Shown one piece after another: positions 8,529 through 17,682 of a DNA stretch of 64,000 bases (the first letter of the stretch is position 1; every line of letters starts with the position of its first letter). The notes beneath the pieces are model-generated. The model ran no database searches, was not told the origin of the DNA, and worked only from the letters and a program-made list of their open reading frames with translations. Both the position numbers and the translations under genes were made by a program. The stretch comes from Solirubrobacteraceae bacterium (GTDB taxonomy: Bacteria > Actinomycetota > Thermoleophilia > Solirubrobacterales > Solirubrobacteraceae): NCBI GenBank assembly GCA_036008645.1, contig DASYNI010000011.1, positions 59,107 through 123,106 on the forward strand. The letters are read 5' to 3'.

Positions 8529-10097
8529 TCAGCGCAGCAGCGTCACATCAGAGACCTGCGCCGAAGCGCTTCCCACAGGTAGCTGGGTGATCCAAAAGAG
8601 GTAGTAGCGGTAGCTGATGCCGCTCGTGCTGAGCGCGATCTTCGTGCGGCTCGTGATCGGCACCGGCGCCGCGACGCGCACCCACCCGCGCCTGTTCAGC
8701 GGCGTCGTGTTCCCGAACGGCAGCGATGCGTCGAATTCGTGGGCCGCGTAGATCGCCATCTCAAAGCCCGGCGATGGCGTTTGCACGACGACTGCGCGCG
8801 CGGCGACTCCAGGGGCGGCGTCGACATAGAACCCAGTTCCCGGCTTGGGCCGCAGCGTGTCTTCCCGGTACTGCTGGGTGCTCCAACTGGTGCCGGGGTC
8901 GCCGTCGACCAAGTTGCCGACCTGCGGTGCGTCTTCTTCTTCGGTGCCGAACGGGTTGTAGCCGTGCGCTGAGCTCTGTGCCAGGTCCACCGGCGTAAGG
9001 CCCGCGCTGCCGTGCACTTCCGGCGGCGTGCCCGTGCCCCGTTTGGCGTGCCCGAGCGCAAAGATCAGCACCGCTGCGACCGCAACGCCGATCAGGCCGA
9101 TGCTGGCGAGCCAACGCATCGGATGGCGCATGCGCCAGGGCAACCGTCGCCGCGCTGGCGCCGGGAGCGTGCGCAGCACGCTGGTCACCTCGCCGCCGGC
9201 ATGGCCGGTGCGCGCCGCCTCGATCGCCAGCGCCTCCTCCAGGTCGGCGATCATGCTCTCCATGTCCGGGTAGCGGCGCGAGAGGTCCTTGGCGGTCGCG
9301 CGGTCGACCACGGCCGCGGTGGCGGCCGAGAGCTCGGGCCTGCGCAGCTGCACGTCGGGCACCTCCTCGCGTACGTGCCGCATCGCTACCGCGACAGGAG
9401 TCTCGCCGCGGAAGGGCACCTCTCCAATCAGCATCTCGTAGAGCACGATCCCGAGCGAATAGATGTCCGACTGGACGGTGACGGCCTGCCCGAGCGCTTG
9501 CTCCGGGGAGACGTAGTCGGTCGTGCCCAGCACGCGCCCGTCCATCGTCAGCCCCTGCTCGGTGAGCGTGCGCGCGATCCCGAAGTCGGTGATCTTCGCG
9601 GTGCCTTCGCCTCCCACCAGCACGTTCTGCGGCTTGACGTCGCGGTGGACGATCAGGTGCTCGTGCGCGGCCGCCAGCGCCCGCGCGATCTCCAGCGCAT
9701 AAGCGAGCGCCTCGGTACTCGCAAGCTGACCTTCGCGCCGGATCAGGCGCTTGAGCGTCTCGCCTTCGACGTGCTCGAAGACGATGTACGGAGCCCTGTC
9801 CTCACCGGCGCTGCCGTTGGAGCCGGCATCCCCGTCGTCAAAGTCGATCACGGTCACGATATGGGGATGGGAGAGCTGCGCCACCGCGCGCGCCTCACGC
9901 CGGAAGCGCTCATGCTGATCGGAGTCGGTGGCCACATCCCGGTGCATCACCTTCACCGCGACCGGCCGTTCGAGCACCGTGTCGAAAGCCTTGTAGACCG
10001 TCGACATCCCGCCGCGGCCGATCTCGGCGTCGAGCCGATAGCGCCCGCCGAGCGCGGTGCCGATGCCCGCCTGGTTGCCTGTCGGTGACCCGCTCAT
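8529..10097 (-). CDS. Ser/Thr protein kinase with extracellular discoidin/galactose-binding-like domain
   Basis: Kinase motifs GRGGMSTVYKA, VAVK, HRDVKPQNV, DFG, SPE. One TM (WLASIGLIGVAVAAVLIFALG). The C-terminal ~150 aa carries NLVDGDPGTSWSTQQY. Confidence 0.88.
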   Translation of the reverse strand: MSGSPTGNQAGIGTALGGRYRLDAEIGRGGMSTVYKAFDTVLERPVAVKVMHRDVATDSDQHERFRREARAVAQLSHPHIVTVIDFDDGDAGSNGSAGEDRAPYIVFEHVEGETLKRLIRREGQLASTEALAYALEIARALAAAHEHLIVHRDVKPQNVLVGGEGTAKITDFGIARTLTEQGLTMDGRVLGTTDYVSPEQALGQAVTVQSDIYSLGIVLYEMLIGEVPFRGETPVAVAMRHVREEVPDVQLRRPELSAATAAVVDRATAKDLSRRYPDMESMIADLEEALAIEAARTGHAGGEVTSVLRTLPAPARRRLPWRMRHPMRWLASIGLIGVAVAAVLIFALGHAKRGTGTPPEVHGSAGLTPVDLAQSSAHGYNPFGTEEEDAPQVGNLVDGDPGTSWSTQQYREDTLRPKPGTGFYVDAAPGVAARAVVVQTPSPGFEMAIYAAHEFDASLPFGNTTPLNRRGWVRVAAPVPITSRTKIALSTSGISYRYYLFWITQLPVGSASAQVSDVTLLR

Positions 10098-10132
10098 CGG
10101 TGTGAGGCCGAAGGTCAGTCTCTCATGTCAGC

Positions 10133-10948
10133 TTATGACCCTGGAGGGTCATCGGAGCGGCCGCGTAGCGTCCAAAGCGCCAGCAGCAGTCGGTAGACGC
10201 AGAACGGAGCCAGCGGCCAGCGACCCATGCGCAGGCGCGACTGCACCTGCGCGCTTGCGAGCGTCGAGGCGAAGGCCGTGCTCGCGCCTGCCAGCAGGGC
10301 AACGCGCTGCTCGCCGGAGGGTGGCTTGCGCAGCAGCTGCGATCCCTTCAGCGCGCAGGCACCGAGGATCACCGGGATCGCTACAAGCCAGGAGAGCTCG
10401 TCCGCGTCGGCGCGCGAGAAGCCCCGCAGCCGCGCCGCGGCCAGCGTCGCGCCGCGGCGCGAGACGCCGGGCATCAGGGCGCTCGCCTGCGCGAGGCCGA
10501 GCGCGAGCGCGTCAGCGGCACCTGCCTGCTCGATTCGTCGTTGCCCGCCGCGCCGGTCCGCGATCCCCATGGCCACCGCTCCGACCACGAGGCCGGCCGC
10601 GATCGACTGCGACCCACTGCCGCGTCGCTCTATCGGACCCTCCAGCAGGTATCCGGCCAATGCCGGTGGCAGCGCGCTCAGACCAAGGAGGGTGAGTCGC
10701 CGCTTCGACGCCTGCGCGTCCGCGTCCGCACAGGCGCGCTTGCCGCTGCGCCGCAGCCTGCCTCCCATTTGCAGCGCGAGCGCGAGTGCCGTCCCGCCGT
10801 GCAGGGCGACCTCGAAGCTCTTCTCAAACGAGTGGTCCTGCGACGAGCGCCCCAAGCTCCGCTGCAGCAGAGCTGTGTGCGCCGAAGAGGAGACGGGCGT
10901 CATCTCGGTCGGCCCCTGCAGCAGGCCGAGCAGGATCGCACGGCGCAT
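10133..10948 (-). CDS. uppP: undecaprenyl-diphosphate phosphatase
   Basis: BacA/UppP signature LLQGPTEMTPVSSSAHTALL near the N-terminus; polytopic membrane protein. Confidence 0.8.
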   Translation of the reverse strand: MRRAILLGLLQGPTEMTPVSSSAHTALLQRSLGRSSQDHSFEKSFEVALHGGTALALALQMGGRLRRSGKRACADADAQASKRRLTLLGLSALPPALAGYLLEGPIERRGSGSQSIAAGLVVGAVAMGIADRRGGQRRIEQAGAADALALGLAQASALMPGVSRRGATLAAARLRGFSRADADELSWLVAIPVILGACALKGSQLLRKPPSGEQRVALLAGASTAFASTLASAQVQSRLRMGRWPLAPFCVYRLLLALWTLRGRSDDPPGS

Positions 10949-10952
10949 CGTC

Positions 10953-11651
10953 TCAGCTGGCGTTCGTGCCGCTGTGCGTGACCTCCGGCTCGGCCGCCGC
11001 GGCCGCCGACGGCTGCCGCCCCCGGCGGCGCCACAGCGACCAGACGATGCCGGCCACGATCAGCGCGAGGATCGCGTAGTCGACGTACTCGAAGCCGGTG
11101 CGGATCTTGGTCCAGTCCGAGCCGACCGCTTCACCGGCCAGCGCGAGCCCCAGCACCCAGGGGACGGTGCCGATCAGCGAGAGCAAGCTGAAGCGCACCA
11201 GCGGCATCTTCGAGACGCCGGCCGGCAGAGAGACGAAGGCGCGCACGAACGGCACCATTCTGCCGAGCAGCACGGCCCAGTCGCCGTAGCGCGCAAACCA
11301 CCGGTCTGCGCGTTCGATCTGGTTGGGCCCCATGTGCAACTTTGCCCCGTGGCGTTCCAGCAGCTCCAGCCGGCCGCCACGGCCCACGCCGTAGGCGATC
11401 CAGGAGCCGACCATCGAGCCGGCCACCCCAGCCAGCACGATCCCCAGCAACGTCAGGTAGTGGCTGGAACCGCTGGAGGCCGGATCGGCGACCGCAAAGC
11501 CGGCGAAGAGCATCACCACCTCGGAGGGGATCGGGATGCAGGCGGCTGAGATCGCCATCAACGCGAAGATGCCGGGCAGCCCGGCTTCGCGGATGAAGTG
11601 CGAGATTTCGTTGACCAGCGCCCCGGAGATCGAGGCGATCACAAGGTGCAT
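10953..11651 (-). CDS. DedA/SNARE-associated family membrane protein
   Basis: Typical DedA N-terminal region (ACIPIPSEVVMLFAGF) and a glycine-rich reentrant region; ~230 aa. Confidence 0.75.
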   Translation of the reverse strand: MHLVIASISGALVNEISHFIREAGLPGIFALMAISAACIPIPSEVVMLFAGFAVADPASSGSSHYLTLLGIVLAGVAGSMVGSWIAYGVGRGGRLELLERHGAKLHMGPNQIERADRWFARYGDWAVLLGRMVPFVRAFVSLPAGVSKMPLVRFSLLSLIGTVPWVLGLALAGEAVGSDWTKIRTGFEYVDYAILALIVAGIVWSLWRRRGRQPSAAAAAEPEVTHSGTNAS

Positions 11652-11745
11652 CGCGTCAAACGATACCTGCCGGTGCCTCGCGCCCCGCGCGCATCCACCG
11701 TGAGATTTCGCTTAGCAGGGCGACGCACTCACCCGCGGTGTTTAC

Positions 11746-12789
11746 TTGAGGCCCGTGCGCGTCTGGATCGACCTCACCAACAGCCCGCACGTGCTCGTCA
11801 TGCGTCCTGTGATCGAGCGCCTGCGTGCGCATGGCCACGAGGTGCAGGTGACCGCGCGCGACTTCGCGCAGACGCTCGGCCTGCTGGAGCGCTTTCAGAT
11901 CGACCACACCGCGATCGGCTGCCACCGCGGCGGCAGCATGCTGGGCAAGGCGCGCGGCATCGCCTCTCGCTCGGCCGCGCTCACGCGCTGGGCGCGCCGT
12001 CACGGCCCCTTCGACATCGCACTTGGCCACGGCTCAAACGACGTCAGCGTGGCCGCGGCGCTGCTGCGCCTCCCCAGCTCGACGATGTTCGACTACGAGT
12101 GGGCGAGCATCCAGCACAACGTCAACTGCCGCCTGGCGCAGGCGGTGGTCGTTCCGGAGGCGATCCCGCCGCAGCGCCTTTCCCGCTACGGAGCCGCCGG
12201 CAAGCTGCGCCGCTACGCGGGTCTGAAGGAGGAGTACTACCTCGCCGACTTCGAGCCAGACGACGCTGTTCTGGCTGAGCTTGGCCTGGATCCCTCTCGC
12301 CCGATCCTCACCGTCAGGACGCCGCCGGAGCTCGCGCTCTACCACCGCTTCGAGAACGACCTCTTCGGCGCGGTGCTGCGTCGGCTGCGCGCGGCGGCCG
12401 TCAAATGCGGGCTGCAAACCGTGGTGCTGCCGCGAACGCAGGCCCAACGCGAGCAGCTGCAGCAGGTCAGCGAGTTCACGGTCCCGGACAGGGCGATCGA
12501 CGCCCAGTCGCTGATCTGCTTCTCCGAGCTGGTCATCTCCGCCGGCGGCACGATGAACAGGGAGGCGGTGGCGCTCGGCGTGCCGGTCTACTCGACCTTC
12601 GCCGGGCGGCTTGGCGGCGTAGATGAGCGCCTGATCGCCGAAGGGCGGCTGCAGCTGCTGAGCGACGCTGACACGGTCGACCTGGACCTCGGCAAGCCGC
12701 GCCGCCCAGGCCTTTCGAGCACGCGCGTGCGGCGCGATGTGCAGGTGCTGATCGACCTGTTGCTCTCCGCCACGGCCGCTGCCCGCTGA
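11746..12789 (+). CDS. DUF354-family protein (glycosyltransferase/epimerase-like fold)
   Basis: N-terminus VWIDLTNSPHVLVMRPVIERLRAHGHEVQVTARDFAQT matches my recollection of the DUF354 signature. Confidence 0.7.
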   Translation: MRPVRVWIDLTNSPHVLVMRPVIERLRAHGHEVQVTARDFAQTLGLLERFQIDHTAIGCHRGGSMLGKARGIASRSAALTRWARRHGPFDIALGHGSNDVSVAAALLRLPSSTMFDYEWASIQHNVNCRLAQAVVVPEAIPPQRLSRYGAAGKLRRYAGLKEEYYLADFEPDDAVLAELGLDPSRPILTVRTPPELALYHRFENDLFGAVLRRLRAAAVKCGLQTVVLPRTQAQREQLQQVSEFTVPDRAIDAQSLICFSELVISAGGTMNREAVALGVPVYSTFAGRLGGVDERLIAEGRLQLLSDADTVDLDLGKPRRPGLSSTRVRRDVQVLIDLLLSATAAAR

Positions 12790-12854
12790 CTGCGCATATA
12801 GCCGCAGTCAGACCGCGGGTATCCCCTGTCCACCTAACCCTTACAATCAGGCGG

Positions 12855-14948
12855 ATGCGCCGACGTATTCGCTCGGCGGCTATGCCGATCCATAGGCACT
12901 CGCTGCCCCAGATAGCCGTCGACGGGGCGTTGATCGCGCTCGCCTGGTATCTGGCGTTCGAGTTGCGTTTCAACCACGGCCCGCAGGGCCGCTATCAGCA
13001 TCTGCTGGAACGCACCCTGCCCTGGGTCGTGGTCGGTGGCCTGGTCGTACTGGCCGCAAGCGGCGTCTACGAGCGCCAGTGGCGCTACTCCTCCCAGCGC
13101 GATTACGTGGCGCTGGGGCGCGGGATGCTTGTGCTCACGGTTCTTGCGGTGCTCGGCGTGGCCGTGCTGCACCCGGTCTTGGTCTCCCCGAACGGCCAGG
13201 GTCTGGGGCACAAGCTGGTGGGGCTCGACGTGCCTGACGGCGTCAGCGTGCTGTTCCTGCTGCTCGGCCTGGCGTTCCTCTGTAGCCTGCGCGTGGCCGC
13301 TCGCTCGCTGCACGAGCGTCGCCCGCTGGCGGCGCTGAAAGCCGCTTCCACAGCGCAGCGCAGCGTGCTGATCGTTGGCGCTGGCGACGGCGGCCGCCTG
13401 GTGCTGCGCGAGATCCTGCGCAACCGAGAGTTGGGTCTTGTCCCCGTCGGCTTCCTCGACGACGACCAGCGCAAGCACGGGCTGCGGATCGACGGCGTGA
13501 AGGTGCACGGGGACACCCACGGTGACCTCGGCCGCACCCTGGATGAGGCCGAGCCGGACGAAACGATCATCGCGATTCCCTCCGCGCCCGGCTCCACGCG
13601 GGCACGCATCGTGCGCGCCTGCCGCGAACGGGGCGTGCCTGTGCGCACGCTGCCCACCGTCTTCGAGCTGCTGCGCGACCAGGACGCCTCCAGCGGCGGC
13701 GCGATAGCAAAGCAGGTGCGCGAGGTGCGCGTCGAGGACGTGCTCGGCCGCGACCCGGTCCACGTCGAGCTGCGCACCGCCGGTGCCTATCTGACCGGCG
13801 AGACGGTACTGGTGACCGGTGCGGGCGGCTCGATCGGCTCGGAGCTCTGCCGCCAGATCGCCCAGGTGCGCCCACGCCGCCTGGTGCTCGTGGACCACGC
13901 TGAGGACAACCTGTTCGCGATTGCCAGGGAGCTTGAGCAGGAGCGCCACGTGCCGCCTGCCGTGATCTGCGCCGTGTTGGCCGACTGCAAGGAGTCCGCG
14001 CGAATGAAGGAGGTCTTCGCCGAGCACTCTCCCGCCGTCGTCTTCCACGCCGCCGCCTACAAGCATGTGGGCCTGATGGAGGCCAACCCGATCGAGGCGG
14101 TGCGCAACAACGCGCTGGCCACGCGCCTGGTGGCGATGCTCGCCGGCGAGCACGGGGTGGAGCGCTTTGTGCTGGTCTCCACCGACAAGGCCGTTGCGCC
14201 TGCGACTGTGATGGGCGCCTCCAAGGCGCTGGCGGAGTTGGCGCTGGAGGTCGCGACCGCGGCCCATCCCGACACCCGCTACGCGGGCGTGCGCTTCGGC
14301 AACGTGCTCGGCTCCTCGGGCAGCGTGGTGCCGATCTTCAGGCGCCAGATCGAGCGCGGCGGGCCGGTGAGCGTCACCGATGAGCGGATGGAGCGCTACT
14401 TCATGACGATCCCCGAGGCGGTGCAGCTGATCATCCGCTCCGGGTCGCTTGTCTCGCCTCGCAGCGGCGGGCGGGGCGCGGAGTTGTTCGTGCTCGACAT
14501 GGGCGAGCCGGTGAAGATCGTCGATCTGGCGCGGGCGATGATCGAGCTCTCCGGGCTGACCCCCGAGCGCGACATCGAGATCGAGATCGTCGGCGCCCGT
14601 CCCGGCGAGAAGCTGAGCGAGGAGCTGGTCGCCGATTACGAGCGCCTGATGTCCACCGAGGCCGAGAAGATCATGCGCGTGGAGCGCAGGCGGGCGGCGG
14701 CGGCTGTCGTGGAGTCCGCCTTCGGCTCGGTGGAGGCGATGCTGGCGGAGGCGGACGCTGACACCCTTTGTGCGCGGATGGCGAGCATCGCGACCTCGCC
14801 CTGGGCAAGCCCGGCCGCGTTGCCGGCCAAGGACGCCGGCCCGAGCCCCGCGGGAGGGGCTGCGGGCGCGCTCACGCCGCCGCCCTCCTCGGCGGCGAGC
14901 CCCGCACAGAGCGGTGAAGCCGCGCCTGTGCGTCTGCCCTCCTCGTAG
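12855..14948 (+). CDS. membrane-bound nucleotide-sugar 4,6-dehydratase (CapD/PglF/WbpM-like)
   Basis: Four N-terminal TM helices, then two Rossmann motifs (IVGAGDGG and VTGAGGSIGSEL), a YKH(V) catalytic region and VSTDKAV. Confidence 0.85.
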   Translation: MRRRIRSAAMPIHRHSLPQIAVDGALIALAWYLAFELRFNHGPQGRYQHLLERTLPWVVVGGLVVLAASGVYERQWRYSSQRDYVALGRGMLVLTVLAVLGVAVLHPVLVSPNGQGLGHKLVGLDVPDGVSVLFLLLGLAFLCSLRVAARSLHERRPLAALKAASTAQRSVLIVGAGDGGRLVLREILRNRELGLVPVGFLDDDQRKHGLRIDGVKVHGDTHGDLGRTLDEAEPDETIIAIPSAPGSTRARIVRACRERGVPVRTLPTVFELLRDQDASSGGAIAKQVREVRVEDVLGRDPVHVELRTAGAYLTGETVLVTGAGGSIGSELCRQIAQVRPRRLVLVDHAEDNLFAIARELEQERHVPPAVICAVLADCKESARMKEVFAEHSPAVVFHAAAYKHVGLMEANPIEAVRNNALATRLVAMLAGEHGVERFVLVSTDKAVAPATVMGASKALAELALEVATAAHPDTRYAGVRFGNVLGSSGSVVPIFRRQIERGGPVSVTDERMERYFMTIPEAVQLIIRSGSLVSPRSGGRGAELFVLDMGEPVKIVDLARAMIELSGLTPERDIEIEIVGARPGEKLSEELVADYERLMSTEAEKIMRVERRRAAAAVVESAFGSVEAMLAEADADTLCARMASIATSPWASPAALPAKDAGPSPAGGAAGALTPPPSSAASPAQSGEAAPVRLPSS

Positions 14949-14960
14949 ACTCCCGCATCA

Positions 14961-16445
14961 ATGGCCTTGGTGCTAGCGCTCTCCCTCTCAGGCTCCGTCT
15001 CGCAGGTCAGCGTCATCGTCGCCGCCGCGGCTTTGCTTGGCGTGATGGTGCTCACGCTGTTGTTCTTCGCCCACGCGCGCGAAGTCAAGCGGCTGCGGGA
15101 GTGGGGCACCGAAGCCTCCGATAGGCTCGCCGAGCTCGCGCGCGAACAGACCCAGATCGCGATTCGGGCCAACCAGCTCGCCCAGCGCCAGGCCCAGGCC
15201 ACGCAGGCTCAGGCGGCGCAGGGCGCGGCGCGACCGCGCGCGGTCCAGGTCATTCCCCCCGCCGCGACCGCCGCCGCCGGCACGGCGCTCCTCCCAACCA
15301 GCCCCGGGACCGCGGTGGCAGGACTGCCCGTCGCGGGAGAGCTCGCGCCTGCTGCCGCCGCAGTGATCGTGGGGCAGGGCGTCGCATTGGCCGGCGAGGG
15401 TTCTGCGCCGCCCCAACAGGAAGGTGCGCTGGCCGCCGGGCCCGATGGGCGGCCTGTGCCGCGTGTGGCTGCCGCTGCCGCCATCGCAAGCGGTCTTGCC
15501 GCCGCCTCGCGCGCTGTGAGCCCTGCGGCTGCGTCCGTCGATGCTCCAGCTGCGCTGAGCCCGTCGACAGCTGCTGCTCCGCCGCCGGCGGCTGGCGTAC
15601 CTGCTGCCGGGCCGAGCGCGCCGGCGCCAAGCCCTGCCTCGGCAGGGGGCGCTGCGCCCCCAATCGACGCGTCCCGCCAAGGTCCGCCTGCACCGTTGGC
15701 GGGCGGACCGCCCCGTCCTGCGCTTCCACCGGCGCCACCGCGCATGAGCGCCGCCTCAAGACCAAGCGCCAACGGCGCTCCCTCGCAGCCCCCGCCGAAG
15801 CCGGTCGCGGGCCGTCGCGACGCCGAAGACGGACGCTCACCCACCATCTATCGACGCGAGCGCTCGACCGGCAAGATCCTCGCGGTGGCGCTCGTCGCGG
15901 TCGTGGTGCTCGTCGCCGTGGTGGTGCTCGCCTCGGTGCTCTCTAAAGGCTCGAGCACCGGCTCTGGCAACGGCGCTGGCTCCTCGACGGCCTCCTCGCA
16001 TGCTGCACGCAAGACCTCGACCGCGATCGAACCGCGCTCACTACGCGTGGTCGTGTTGAACGCCACCCAGACCAACGGCCTCGCCGGCAAAGTCGCAAGC
16101 ACCCTCAAGAGCCACGGCTACGGCCAGGCGGCCGCGCTTTACGGCACGCCATCTGGCTCCTACTCGAGCACCACGGTGCAGTACGCAGAAGGCCACGCTG
16201 CCGAAGCAAGGGGAGTCGCAAGCACGTTGAAAGTGCCTGCGTCCGAGGTCCAACCGCTCAGCTCGTCTGTCGCGCCGCTCTCCGGCGGAGCGCCCGTGAC
16301 CGTGGTCATCGGCGGCTCCGGTACCGAAGGCAGCGGCTCGGGCAGTGAAGAAAAGACGGGCAACACCGAAGGGCAAGCGGGCGGGGAAACCGCTGGCGGC
16401 GGCGAAGTCGGCTCCGAATCCCAGGCCGCCGAACCGGGCGCGTGA
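14961..16445 (+). CDS. Pro/Ala-rich membrane protein with LytR_C (LytR/CpsA/Psr C-terminal) domain
   Basis: N-terminal TM, a long Ala/Pro low-complexity region, a second TM, then LRVVVLNATQTNGLAGKVASTLKSHGY...VTVVIGG, typical of LytR_C. Confidence 0.7.
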   Translation: MALVLALSLSGSVSQVSVIVAAAALLGVMVLTLLFFAHAREVKRLREWGTEASDRLAELAREQTQIAIRANQLAQRQAQATQAQAAQGAARPRAVQVIPPAATAAAGTALLPTSPGTAVAGLPVAGELAPAAAAVIVGQGVALAGEGSAPPQQEGALAAGPDGRPVPRVAAAAAIASGLAAASRAVSPAAASVDAPAALSPSTAAAPPPAAGVPAAGPSAPAPSPASAGGAAPPIDASRQGPPAPLAGGPPRPALPPAPPRMSAASRPSANGAPSQPPPKPVAGRRDAEDGRSPTIYRRERSTGKILAVALVAVVVLVAVVVLASVLSKGSSTGSGNGAGSSTASSHAARKTSTAIEPRSLRVVVLNATQTNGLAGKVASTLKSHGYGQAAALYGTPSGSYSSTTVQYAEGHAAEARGVASTLKVPASEVQPLSSSVAPLSGGAPVTVVIGGSGTEGSGSGSEEKTGNTEGQAGGETAGGGEVGSESQAAEPGA

Positions 16446-17206
16446 ACTTCCTGGACATACCCGCACGGTCGGCCAAGCCGCGGCAGCAGGGCATCACCCA
16501 CGTGATCGACAAGGGCCTCTCGATCGCCGCGGTGGAGGGCCTGATGGAGTCGGTCGGCGGCAGCGTGGACATCGTCAAGCTCGGCTGGGGCACGGCGCTG
16601 GTGAGCGAGAACCTGAAGCCCAAGCTGCAGCGCTACGCGGCCTACGAGGTGCCGGTGGTGCTCGGCGGCACGCTGACCGAGATCGCGATCAAGCAGGGAC
16701 GTGTGGAGGGGCTGATCGCCTGGTTGCACGAGCTCGGCCTGCGGCATGTGGAGGTCTCCGACGGGACGATCGAGATGGAGCCACAGCGCAAGCAGGAGCT
16801 GATCGAGCGTCTGTCGCGGGAGTTCACCGTGCTCTCGGAGGTCGGCTCCAAGGACGCCCACGCGATCATGGCTCCCTATATATGGATCGAACGCATCCAG
16901 GGCGAGCTCGCGGCCGGAGCTTGGAAGGTGATCGCCGAGGCGCGCGAGTCCGGCAACGCGGGGATCTACCGCGCAGACGGCGAGGTCCGCAGCGGCCTGA
17001 TCGACGAGATCGCGCATATGATCGACTGCGAGCGCATGATCTTCGAGGCTCCGCAGAAGGAGCAACAGGTGTGGCTGCTCGAATACTTCGGGCGCGAATG
17101 CAACATCGGCAATGTCGCCCCCGACGACGTGCTCCCATTGGAGACCTTGCGCCTCGGCCTGCGCGCCGACACCGTCGGGCGCCTCAACGGCGATCGGGGC
17201 TCGTGA
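16442..17206 (+). CDS. comA: (2R)-phospho-3-sulfolactate synthase
   Basis: Full-length match to my recollection of the ComA family pattern: KPRQQGITHVIDKG, KLGWGT, GGTLTE, VEVSDG, SEVGSK, ELAAGAWKVIAEARESG, FEAPQKEQQ, LRLGLRADT. GTGA overlap with the upstream gene. Confidence 0.85.
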   Translation: MNFLDIPARSAKPRQQGITHVIDKGLSIAAVEGLMESVGGSVDIVKLGWGTALVSENLKPKLQRYAAYEVPVVLGGTLTEIAIKQGRVEGLIAWLHELGLRHVEVSDGTIEMEPQRKQELIERLSREFTVLSEVGSKDAHAIMAPYIWIERIQGELAAGAWKVIAEARESGNAGIYRADGEVRSGLIDEIAHMIDCERMIFEAPQKEQQVWLLEYFGRECNIGNVAPDDVLPLETLRLGLRADTVGRLNGDRGS

Positions 17207-17682
17207 GCGCCGCTAGTGCCACGGATGCCTCCGCCAATCCGCCGGCTGGACGGCTCGGAGTGCTCGTCTTCGGCCTGCTCGTGCTGGCGAGCTTCGCAGC
17301 GTTCTTTCTCGCCCAGCGCCTGAAGCACATTCCGACCGCGGTGCAACAGCTACGCTTCGATGCTGCGTTCTACCCCGAAGGGGGCGGCACGCCCGCTGCA
17401 GAGCCGATCTCATTTCAGATTGAACGCGCGGACCGCGTCACGGTGAGGGTGCTGAGCGCCAAGGGCGCGCTCGTCGCCACGTTGGTAAGCGAACATCATC
17501 TGGCCGCTTACACCACTTACTCGGTCTCCTGGAACGGGCTGCGCGGAGCGCCGGGGCCGGAGGGCCAGCCCCCCGGCTCGCCTGCGCCCCGCGGGGAATA
17601 CCGCGTTCAGGTGATCCTCGCCCAGCGCAAAGTGGAAGTCCGCTCCCCTTCTGCAGTGCAGCTGGAAAGAGTGTCGCGATGA
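17203..17682 (+). CDS. membrane-anchored protein with FlgD-Ig-like domain
   Basis: GTG at 17203 overlaps the comA stop. TM helix (LGVLVFGLLVLASFAAFFLA) then ISFQIERADRVTVRVLSAKGALVATL...WNGLRG...PRGEYRVQV, which is FlgD_ig-like. Confidence 0.6.
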   Translation: MSAASATDASANPPAGRLGVLVFGLLVLASFAAFFLAQRLKHIPTAVQQLRFDAAFYPEGGGTPAAEPISFQIERADRVTVRVLSAKGALVATLVSEHHLAAYTTYSVSWNGLRGAPGPEGQPPGSPAPRGEYRVQVILAQRKVEVRSPSAVQLERVSR

